Virus record (IMG/VR): IMGVR_UViG_3300010158_000214
Coordinates: 1 to 31,892 of that record
DNA length: 31,892 nucleotides
Reading direction: 5' to 3' (one strand)
DNA from: a virus
Taxonomy: Duplodnaviria > Caudoviricetes
Numbering within the stretch: position 1 is the first letter of the stretch; every line of letters starts with the position of its first letter. Shown here piece by piece: positions 15,229 through 23,075 of this stretch. A program made the position numbers and the translations under genes. Under the pieces are notes generated by a model. The model was not told the DNA's origin. It saw only the letters and a program-made list of their open reading frames with translations, and searched no databases.

Positions 15229-15582
15229 ATGTTCTTCGCTGAATCCATGCCAACCGCGCCGACGAGTTCCATCGGGATGGCCGTCGTCGTTGGGTCGTTG
15301 CTCCTCTCCGCATTGAGCGCGGTTTTGACGATGTTCCTCACGAGGCGCGAACACGTCGCCCACAAGGAAGAGGTGGACCGCCGGCTTGGGATAATCGAAA
15401 CGCAGTTCAAAACACTCCAGGAAGAGAACGCCGTCATCCGGGAGGAAATCCACAAAGCCGAGCGCCGGCTGGCGGACGCCGGAGAACACCGGGCCGAAGC
15501 GATCCACACGCGGTTCAATACCGTTCTCGAAAGGCTTTCAGAAGTTCGAGGAGAGATGAACGCGGCCAACCGAAAGACCTAA
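15229..15582 (+). CDS. Mu gp25/DUF2730-like TM plus coiled-coil protein
   Basis: N-terminal TM then coiled coil; upstream of gp26/gp27-like genes; exact start uncertain. Confidence 0.65.
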   Translation: MFFAESMPTAPTSSIGMAVVVGSLLLSALSAVLTMFLTRREHVAHKEEVDRRLGIIETQFKTLQEENAVIREEIHKAERRLADAGEHRAEAIHTRFNTVLERLSEVRGEMNAANRKT

Positions 15583-15586
15583 TCCC

Positions 15587-15850
15587 ATGGCACGCTCCCA
15601 AAAGTCCCAGGCCCGCCAATTCGCTCTGCTCGCTTTGCACGCGGCGGAGGGGACGCCCCTAACCGATCGCGCGCTCCGTGATCACGTCCTGCGGGGATTG
15701 TCCAATTCGATCAGCGACTTGGACGTGGGAGACGTTATCCGGGACCTCGAACTCGACGGGCTCATCGTCGGGACACTTAGCGAACTACGGGACGACAAGG
15801 TCTGGATTCTGTCCGATCTCGGAACGATCCGCGCGAAGCAACTCCGGTGA
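15587..15850 (+). CDS. Mu gp26-like winged-helix protein
   Basis: RQFALLAL...IRDLELDGLI...LSDLG; synteny. Confidence 0.7.
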   Translation: MARSQKSQARQFALLALHAAEGTPLTDRALRDHVLRGLSNSISDLDVGDVIRDLELDGLIVGTLSELRDDKVWILSDLGTIRAKQLR

Positions 15851-15853
15851 GCT

Positions 15854-16399
15854 ATGTCTTCCAAAACACGATCCGACGCCTCGCCGCTCAACCAGTTCCA
15901 GGAGCGCTTGGACGACTGGCTGTATATCGAGAACGCCTCTTTCCAAGAGGTCTCGCAACGATTGGCGCGCGATCACTCCTTTATGTGTTCGCCGTCGTCT
16001 GTTTGGCGTTGGAAGCAACGCCGCGACGAGGAGCGACTTCTGGAACAGATCACGAACAAGGCCCGGCAATCTCGGGAAGTGGTCGCGCGGTTCGCGGAGG
16101 AGAACCCCGAGCTCGACGCCTCCTTCACCAATCTATTGCGCCAAGTGGCGATGGACCTCGTGAGTTCACCGAACCCCGACCCGCAAGCGATCTGCCTCGT
16201 CGCCGGGAAAGCGCTGAAGCTCCGGGATCAGGATCTCCAGAGGCAGAAGCTCGAACTCTCCGCGGACAAGTTCCGGGCCTCGTTGAGGACCAAACTCGAA
16301 GAGGGCCTGGACGAGTTGGCGAAGAGCATCGGATCCAATCCAGAGGCCCGCGCCCTGTACGATTCTTTCCGGGCTGTCGTGACGAAGGCGACAGCATGA
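15854..16399 (+). CDS. Mu gp27/DUF3486-like small terminase
   Basis: KTRSDASPL...SFQEVSQRL...CSPSSVWRW HTH plus helical C-terminus; ATGA-coupled to TerL. Confidence 0.8.
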   Translation: MSSKTRSDASPLNQFQERLDDWLYIENASFQEVSQRLARDHSFMCSPSSVWRWKQRRDEERLLEQITNKARQSREVVARFAEENPELDASFTNLLRQVAMDLVSSPNPDPQAICLVAGKALKLRDQDLQRQKLELSADKFRASLRTKLEEGLDELAKSIGSNPEARALYDSFRAVVTKATA

Positions 16400-18582
16400 A
16401 GGCAAAACCGTTTTTTCCCGCCGCAGACGGGAACAAAGAAACCCCGACAACCCGTGCCAGTGTCGGCAAAGCGAGCGGCCAAACGACCGTCAGGAATGGC
16501 GTCCCCTCCGCCATCTCTCGCGACAACCACGGGCGAGGGGCCCTTTCCGCACTGGACCAACGCATCGCCGGAAACAAGCGGACCGCCAACTCCCCGAACG
16601 TCCGAACGTTTGCCGAGTTCGTCCGCGATCATGCGAAGGTTCTCAAACGTGACGGCAGCGCCGGCCCGTTCTCAACGAAGGGGCGGAAGCCTCTCGAAGT
16701 GGTGATCGACTGGTTCGACAAGGTTCTCCGGAACACGATCGACGCCGAAGAGGTGTGGGTCGACGGCGTTAAGTTCGCCGCCGGACAACTCAAGGGTTCC
16801 TCGATCGCGGTCGGCGGCGGGGCGCAGTGGGGAAAGACGATTCTCGAACTTAACGCGATGGCGTACCTTTCCGCCATCCGGTTTTGTTCGGTCGGTTGCT
16901 ATCTTCCCGACAAGCCGAAGGTCGAAGAGATCGTCGGCCAAAAGTTCCGCCCGAACGTTTTGGATCTGTACCCATGGATGGCGGACATGATCCAGATGGG
17001 AAAGACGGAGAACGCCTCCGGGAAAACGATCGACCGGAAAGAGTCCTACACCGTCACCGATGGGACCAAAAAAGCGTTCGGCAATTTCTGCGGAATGCAT
17101 AAGCCGCCGACCTCGATCACGATCGACGTTGCGATCCTGGACGAGGTGGACGACATCCCGACGAGGAACATCGGGTATGTATCGGGTCGTATGACCAACT
17201 CGCCCGTGGCGCTCACGGCGTTCATTGGAACGCAAAGAGTCTCCGGCGCCGGGCAGAATTCGCGGGTCAAAGCGTCGAGCTATCACACCGGCCAATATAC
17301 GTGCGCCGGTTGTGGGCTCCGGCAGAACCTCGAAGAGTCGTGGCCGCGATGCGTTCGCCTCGCGATCGACCGGACCCCGAAGCGTTCGGACCCGGTGATC
17401 ACGGCCGAGGGCGGATTCAATCGGACGGGGATTTATTACGCGGCGTGCATCTCTTGTGGGACAGCGATCGACCGGGACGCGGTCGAGTTCATGGCGCAAA
17501 ACCCCGAGCGGGTGAAGGAGGCCAAGTTCGGGATTCGGGTTTCCCAGCTTACGATCTCCGCCATCTCAATGGAGGAAATCACCGGGGACTGGTACTCGGC
17601 GTTCTCCGATCCGACGGGCGAAGCAATGGTCGCGTTTTACTGCGACCGCCTCGCGATCCCGAACGCGGGCGCGGCCCAGCCCATCGTCCAATCCGTCCTC
17701 GATCGTTCGCGCGCCCTCGGAATGTCCGAGAGTCAGGAAGCCGCGCAGCCCTACTCAATGTCCATGAACGGCGGACAGGGTCGGTTCGCGGGTTGCGACA
17801 TGGGGCCCCGTTGCTGGTTGTGGGTCGATGAGGTTCGCGGGCCGTCGGTCTCCGGGCTTGTGTGGTCAGAGCTCATCGCCTCCGGATCGATGGCGTCGCG
17901 CCTCCCCGTCCTGATCGACCAACTCGGGATCGAGACCGTGTTCCTGGACGCCGGCGGCGAACCGGATCTAACGAAGCGCCTCGTCTTGGCGCTAAACGGG
18001 CTCGAAGATTACACCCCTCCGTCGATGCCGCGGAGCGATGTTGAGAAGTCGCACCTTTCGAGCATCGGGTGCGGGATCACTTGGGACGGGGCCAAGGGTC
18101 GGTGGCAAGGGATCAAGGCCGCCGCTGTCCTCTTCGTTTCGGGCGAGGCAAAGGGAGTCCAACAAACGATCGGTTGGACCCAAGACGGGAAGCTTTACCC
18201 GCTCATCAAATGCAACCGGGGCGAGTCGATCCAGGCGGCGGTGAACGACTTCCTCACCCCGGCGGAAGGAGTCCTGGAATCCGTCGGGCCAGAGGGCGCG
18301 AAGACAATCCGCGGACTTCCTCGGGCCCGGCTTCCGCAGACGGCCATCGGTCCCGGCGTTTCGATGGCGACCCTAGACACCCATCTGCTGAACCTCCGGA
18401 AAGAGCGCGACACGAAGACCGGCGCGGAGGATTGGGTGGACGGAGTCGAGAACCACTTAGGGCTGGCCCGAAGCTATGCCCGCCTTGCGAGCCTCATTGT
18501 CCAGGTGAGCGGCCGCGCTCAACCCTTCGCCTATGAACCGGTGAACACCCGAGAGAACCGGAGAATGAGGGTGATCTCGTGA
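16396..18582 (+). CDS. terL: Terminase large subunit (GpA-like)
   Basis: Walker A GGAQWGKT, Walker B AILDEVD, CAGC/CISC zinc motif, nuclease GCDMG and FLDAG; start at ATG 16396. Confidence 0.9.
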   Translation: MKAKPFFPAADGNKETPTTRASVGKASGQTTVRNGVPSAISRDNHGRGALSALDQRIAGNKRTANSPNVRTFAEFVRDHAKVLKRDGSAGPFSTKGRKPLEVVIDWFDKVLRNTIDAEEVWVDGVKFAAGQLKGSSIAVGGGAQWGKTILELNAMAYLSAIRFCSVGCYLPDKPKVEEIVGQKFRPNVLDLYPWMADMIQMGKTENASGKTIDRKESYTVTDGTKKAFGNFCGMHKPPTSITIDVAILDEVDDIPTRNIGYVSGRMTNSPVALTAFIGTQRVSGAGQNSRVKASSYHTGQYTCAGCGLRQNLEESWPRCVRLAIDRTPKRSDPVITAEGGFNRTGIYYAACISCGTAIDRDAVEFMAQNPERVKEAKFGIRVSQLTISAISMEEITGDWYSAFSDPTGEAMVAFYCDRLAIPNAGAAQPIVQSVLDRSRALGMSESQEAAQPYSMSMNGGQGRFAGCDMGPRCWLWVDEVRGPSVSGLVWSELIASGSMASRLPVLIDQLGIETVFLDAGGEPDLTKRLVLALNGLEDYTPPSMPRSDVEKSHLSSIGCGITWDGAKGRWQGIKAAAVLFVSGEAKGVQQTIGWTQDGKLYPLIKCNRGESIQAAVNDFLTPAEGVLESVGPEGAKTIRGLPRARLPQTAIGPGVSMATLDTHLLNLRKERDTKTGAEDWVDGVENHLGLARSYARLASLIVQVSGRAQPFAYEPVNTRENRRMRVIS

Positions 18583-18836
18583 CGCACTTTTTAACGCTTC
18601 CCCGTCCGGGAACCTCCCCCTCGCCAATGGGCCCTCGCTTCAGGGGTCCAGGGGGGGCCCGGCCGGACTCCTCCCAGACCGCCCCGCGGACGCCCGCAAA
18701 TGCCCCAGGACGCCGCGCGAGCTGTCCTCACCCTCCCGAACTGCCCGGAGGGCTCATATCGACGGCTGAAGGGCCGCTAAAGGGGTCCCACTTGCCCGAA
18801 CCAACTCCACTTTCGGCCCCGCCCCGCCATGTCTGA
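18579..18836 (+). CDS. Pro-rich hypothetical ORF (may be non-coding)
   Basis: GTGA overlap with terL stop and overlap with portal start, but low-complexity translation. Confidence 0.3.
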   Translation: MTHFLTLPRPGTSPSPMGPRFRGPGGARPDSSQTAPRTPANAPGRRASCPHPPELPGGLISTAEGPLKGSHLPEPTPLSAPPRHV

Positions 18837-20463
18837 TCCGAACCCATCTATCACAGCGACCGCCTCGGTCCTTGATCCCGGCGGGAATCCCGCCCCCGAG
18901 CAGACGATAAAGGGCGAGGCGGAAACGATTCGCCGGATGATCCTTCAAAAGATCCCGGCGACCTCGCTTGTTCCGGCGAACATCCTCGAACAACTCAACG
19001 CCTTCGAGCGGGGGTGGTTCACGATCGCCAAGCTTTGGGATGCTATTCGGACCCGAAACCACGTCGTCTCGAACGTTGCCGGCAAACGCGAGAAGAGGCT
19101 CGGGCGGATGCGATGGGACATCCTCATCGATGCGGACGCTTCCATGGGTCGAGAAGCGGAGGCGGAGAAGCACAAGAAAGCCCTTCAGGATTTCTACCGC
19201 GGCGTGATCGCGACGGAACTCCTCGAAGCGGACGTCCGCGGAGGGCTTGGCACACTCCTCCGGCAGATGTCGCGGGCAATCGGAAATCGATATGCCGTCC
19301 ACGAGATCACGTGGAAGCCGGCCCAAGGATCAAGGCCCTTCACCGCCGAGTTCCGATTCTGGCCGCTTTGGAGCTTCGAGGCGCGGATCGGTAAACTCCG
19401 ATGGCTTCCCCAGCCGGGCTTGGGCATCGGGTACGACATGCCGGAAAACGAATGGTTGGTGAGCGTGAGCGACGGGATCATGCGGGCGACGGTTGGGATC
19501 ATCGCAATTCAGCAGATGAGCCTCAACGATTGGGCAAACTACACGGAGAAGTTCGGCTTGCCGTTTGTCCTCGGGAAATCCCCCGCAACGAAAGGGACGA
19601 CGCAGTGGGACGACATGAAGGCAATGGTCGCCGCTCTCGTGGGTGACGGCGCCGGGGTGATCAATCTGGACGCCGCCGTGGAGCTCATTATAGCCGGAGG
19701 GGCGGGAACCCTTCCCCATCCGGCGCTCGTCGAATACTGCGACCGGTGGATCACAGCGCTCTGGCTTGGTGCGGATCTCGCGACAATGTCGGCGGGCTCC
19801 GGGCAGGGGCAAGGGGCGAGCCTTCAACAGGGGGAGATCGAGGCGCTCGAACAGGACGACGCCCGCGAACTCTCCGAGATTCTGAACAAGCGGATCGACC
19901 CTCAAGTGGTCGCCTACCTTTTCGGGGAAGGGGTCGAACCATTGGCGAAGATCCAGATCATCCCGCCAATCACGGTGGACACGGCCCAAGAGATCAAGGT
20001 CGACCAGTTCCTCCTGGATTCGGGCCAACCCCTGGACAAGGCGGAGACGTTCGAGCGTTACAACCGAAGCACCCCGGCTCCGGGTTCGGACGTGATCACG
20101 CGAACCGCGGCGCCGGCTCCGAAGGGCGATCCGATCCCCGACGGGAAAGATCCAGAAGGCAATCCTGATCCGGCGATTGACAAGAAACCCGAGGCCACGG
20201 GAGCGAACGAGGCTCCGGGCGCCGCGTTCGTCGAGGCAACGACCGATAAGGTCGCCGAAGCGTTGGGTGACTTCTTTGCCCCATTGCGGGGGGAGATCAA
20301 GCGGATCGGAAGCCTCCCGGACGTTGAGATGTTGCCGGAGCTCGATCGAATCAATGTGGGCCTTGCCGACTATCTCAAGCGGCGAGGCATTGACGAGAGG
20401 GCGGTCGAGATCCTCGGAACCGCACTAGGCCAACAAGTCCTTCTCGGTTTGAGGGGAAACTAA
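18829..20463 (+). CDS. Portal protein (Mu gp29/DUF935)
   Basis: AIGNRYAVHEITW, DWANYTEKFGLPFVLGK, ITALWLGADL motifs. Confidence 0.93.
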   Translation: MSDPNPSITATASVLDPGGNPAPEQTIKGEAETIRRMILQKIPATSLVPANILEQLNAFERGWFTIAKLWDAIRTRNHVVSNVAGKREKRLGRMRWDILIDADASMGREAEAEKHKKALQDFYRGVIATELLEADVRGGLGTLLRQMSRAIGNRYAVHEITWKPAQGSRPFTAEFRFWPLWSFEARIGKLRWLPQPGLGIGYDMPENEWLVSVSDGIMRATVGIIAIQQMSLNDWANYTEKFGLPFVLGKSPATKGTTQWDDMKAMVAALVGDGAGVINLDAAVELIIAGGAGTLPHPALVEYCDRWITALWLGADLATMSAGSGQGQGASLQQGEIEALEQDDARELSEILNKRIDPQVVAYLFGEGVEPLAKIQIIPPITVDTAQEIKVDQFLLDSGQPLDKAETFERYNRSTPAPGSDVITRTAAPAPKGDPIPDGKDPEGNPDPAIDKKPEATGANEAPGAAFVEATTDKVAEALGDFFAPLRGEIKRIGSLPDVEMLPELDRINVGLADYLKRRGIDERAVEILGTALGQQVLLGLRGN

Positions 20464-20470
20464 AACGACG

Positions 20471-21589
20471 ATGAAGAACCTTTCAATTCAGCTTGAGGCA
20501 AGCGTGGCGAACGAGTCGGCGGTCGGCGCCGACGGCTCCGCGCTTTTTGCCCCGCTCGGCGACGCGCCAAACGTTTTCGCGCTCAAGAACCCCGACGCAT
20601 TCCGGGCCGCTTTCCCGACCGCCAACTATTACGAGGAAGACGGCGTGGTGAAGGTGGACGCAATCCAGCGGATCACGCCGGAGAACGCGAAAGCAGTTTC
20701 GGACCGCTTCGCCTCTCCGTCTGGAATGGTTCGTCGCTGGTTTCGCGGCGCACCCGTCTTTTACCGTCACCCCGACCACCCAGGCTCGACAGAAACGGAC
20801 AAGCGAGAGCTTGGCCGCGTGGTTGGATTGGAGGCGCGGCCGGAAGGACTTTATGGCGTGCCGGTGTTTAACGATCTCGGCGCGGATGCCGTCAACGGTC
20901 GCGAGAAGCTTTTCTTCTCCCCTCGTTTCGATGTTGCCCCGACGGGAGTCGAGAACGGGAAGCTCATTTTCGAGCCGACCGGTTTTGTCAGCGTTGGACT
21001 CACCCCTGAACCCAATCTCGCCGCGGACGCGGTGAACGAAGCCGCATCGAATGCGGCAACCAATAGAACCCCCCCCATGAATAAAATCCTCTTGGTCGGC
21101 ACTCTCGCCGGCCTCGGAATCAATCTGGCGGCGGATGCGTCCGACGACGCGATCGCCTCCTCCATCACCGCCCTTGCCGGGCGACTCAACACCGGCGCCT
21201 CGGCGGCCAACGAACGCGACACGGCGAAGGCCGAGGTCGCAAGCCTGCAGGCGGAACTCGCCGCGCTCAAGGCAACCGCCGCCAACGAGGCAAAGGGAAT
21301 CCGCGAGGCCGCGATCAATGCGGCCATCCAGGACGGCCGCATCACCGAAGCGCAGCGTGCTACGTGGGACGGCATTCTCACCGCGAGCGCTTCCAACGGG
21401 CTGGCGATTCTCAACGGGCTTTCAAAGACCGTGAAGACGTCCGGCAACGGAAAGAACGTCGCTGATGCAAACGCCGCCGCCGAAGCCGCGGAAGCGAGCG
21501 CCAAGAACGAAGGATCCGGAACCGCCACGGGCTTTGATCGGGCCCTGGCGCATCAGAAAGCGCAACGCGCCGCCGCCGCGGCCGCCTAA
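20471..21589 (+). CDS. Mu I-like prohead protease with C-terminal scaffold
   Basis: PVFYRHP, GRVVGLEARPEGLY, FFSPRF, SVGLTPEPNL; Ala-rich scaffold with AIQDGRIT. Confidence 0.9.
   Translation: MKNLSIQLEASVANESAVGADGSALFAPLGDAPNVFALKNPDAFRAAFPTANYYEEDGVVKVDAIQRITPENAKAVSDRFASPSGMVRRWFRGAPVFYRHPDHPGSTETDKRELGRVVGLEARPEGLYGVPVFNDLGADAVNGREKLFFSPRFDVAPTGVENGKLIFEPTGFVSVGLTPEPNLAADAVNEAASNAATNRTPPMNKILLVGTLAGLGINLAADASDDAIASSITALAGRLNTGASAANERDTAKAEVASLQAELAALKATAANEAKGIREAAINAAIQDGRITEAQRATWDGILTASASNGLAILNGLSKTVKTSGNGKNVADANAAAEAAEASAKNEGSGTATGFDRALAHQKAQRAAAAAA
21077..21589 (+). CDS. Nested scaffold protein (Mu Z equivalent)
   Basis: In-frame ATG (MNKILL...LGINL) after an A/C-rich linker resembling other start contexts in this phage. 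Confidence 0.6.
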   Translation: MNKILLVGTLAGLGINLAADASDDAIASSITALAGRLNTGASAANERDTAKAEVASLQAELAALKATAANEAKGIREAAINAAIQDGRITEAQRATWDGILTASASNGLAILNGLSKTVKTSGNGKNVADANAAAEAAEASAKNEGSGTATGFDRALAHQKAQRAAAAAA

Positions 21590-21629
21590 TCGAACGTCGA
21601 ACAACTCAAGCAACTAGCCCAAAAACACT

Positions 21630-22565
21630 ATGCCAGTACTCACGCTTCTTGATCTCGCGAAGATCAACGGAACAGCCACCGACATTGGCCTGATCGAGGA
21701 AAACCTAACCGCTGCGCCGGAAGCTCAAATCATTCCCGCGCGCACGATCAAGGGCACTTCCTTCCGGTCGCTTGTGCGATCGACTTTCCCGACCGTCGGA
21801 TTCCGCAACGCCAACGAAGGTCGCACTCCTCAGAAGTCGGTTTACGCAAACCGAATCCACGAGACGTACTACCTCGACTCCCAGATGGAGATCGACAACG
21901 CGATCGTCAACGCATCGGAACAGGGCCCCGACTATGTGATGACCGCCGAGGCATCCGGACACATGAAGGGCACCCTCTTGGCCCTCGGATCCCAGATGTG
22001 GTACGGGCGCGCAAACGACCCGAAGGGCTTCCCCGGCGGAATCGATTTCGCCGATGCGGCCCACACAATCGACGCGACCGGATCGACCGCGAACGCCGCG
22101 TCCTCGTGTTACCTCGCCGTGGTTGACCCGCGGTTCTTCAACTTCATCTACGGAAACAACATGACCTTAAGCGTCGCCGAGTGGCGAAAGCAGACGGTCA
22201 CGAATGGAACGACCAAACAAACGGTCTGGAACAACTCAATCGAAGGTTGGGTCGGGATCGAGTTCCTCAATATCCATGCGTTGGTCGTCATCAAGAATCT
22301 AACGATTCAGACCGGCAAAGGATTGACCGACCTCCTCCTCGCTCAAGCGATGGCGAAGTTCCCGGTCGGGATCCGTCCGACCCACATCTTTTGCAACCGC
22401 GTTCAGCGACAGCTGCTCCAGGCGTCGCGAACGGTGTCGATCTTCGGCCAAGGCGCGGGCCTTCCCGGCGCCGGGCAGGGGATCATCGCCCCGACCCCGT
22501 CTTCTTACGAGGGCGTGCCGATCATCGCGACCGATTCGCTCCTCCAGACTGAGGCGATCCGCTAA
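21630..22565 (+). CDS. Major capsid protein, BPP-1/epsilon15 gp7 type
   Basis: TLLDLAK..VRSTFPTVGFRNANEG..KS..LDSQMEID..WYG..DPKGFPG..YEGVPI..DSL parallels BPP-1 Bbp17 as recalled. Confidence 0.85.
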   Translation: MPVLTLLDLAKINGTATDIGLIEENLTAAPEAQIIPARTIKGTSFRSLVRSTFPTVGFRNANEGRTPQKSVYANRIHETYYLDSQMEIDNAIVNASEQGPDYVMTAEASGHMKGTLLALGSQMWYGRANDPKGFPGGIDFADAAHTIDATGSTANAASSCYLAVVDPRFFNFIYGNNMTLSVAEWRKQTVTNGTTKQTVWNNSIEGWVGIEFLNIHALVVIKNLTIQTGKGLTDLLLAQAMAKFPVGIRPTHIFCNRVQRQLLQASRTVSIFGQGAGLPGAGQGIIAPTPSSYEGVPIIATDSLLQTEAIR

Positions 22566-22608
22566 TCAATCGGAAACGGTCAACCTCGAACCTTCAAATC
22601 AATAGATT

Positions 22609-23010
22609 ATGCCAAACGTACTAGGGCGTGGAATTCTCGACGCCAACCTCACGGCCGTCACCGCGTTTCCCGCGGCGGGCGCAACCGCAAACTCCGCCTC
22701 GCTCGACCTCGGGCCAAAGTATCTCCAGAGCGAGCGCCTCGAATTCGGCATTGTGTGGCCTTTGGTCACCCCGCTTGCCGACACGAAGAACCTCATCTTC
22801 AACGTGCAAACCTCGCCGGACAACTCCACATGGACCAACGCCGGTATCACCAAAACGATCACCGGCGCCGGCGGCATTGGAACCCCGGCGGGTGAGTATC
22901 TCTTCCGCCTCGCGAGTACCGCGCCTCAGTACGTGCGAGTCAGTGTGGCGGAGGATGCGGCCGGCGGTGTCGTGACCGGCCTGAACTTCACGCTCAACGC
23001 TTACTTCTGA
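22609..23010 (+). CDS. Capsid cement/decoration protein (Bbp16-like)
   Basis: ILDANL..SASLDLG..FNVQTSPDNSTW..QYVRV jelly-roll pattern, directly after MCP. Confidence 0.75.
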   Translation: MPNVLGRGILDANLTAVTAFPAAGATANSASLDLGPKYLQSERLEFGIVWPLVTPLADTKNLIFNVQTSPDNSTWTNAGITKTITGAGGIGTPAGEYLFRLASTAPQYVRVSVAEDAAGGVVTGLNFTLNAYF

Positions 23011-23036
23011 TCGCTCGCCCGATCTGAACCCCAAAC

Positions 23037-23065
23037 AGGGGCGGGCCGCGAAAGGGCCCGCCCCT
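23037..23065 (+). terminator. Strong hairpin after capsid genes (attenuator/stabiliser)
   Basis: AGGGGCGGGCC-7 nt-GGCCCGCCCCT perfect 11-bp stem; weak U-tract. Confidence 0.65.
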
Positions 23066-23075
23066 ACTTAAAAAA

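Noticed and set aside
15847-16395. 183-codon N-terminal extension of TerL (911-aa ORF) overlapping TerS
   Set aside because: Translation is not protein-like, it fully overlaps the convincing gp27-like gene, and ATG 16396 is ATGA-coupled. No slippery site noticed; an extended form cannot be strictly excluded.
21804-21821. ANE in the major capsid protein (RNANEG) as a protease site
   Set aside because: Aligns with a conserved structural RxxNxG segment of this capsid family, so probably not a cut site.
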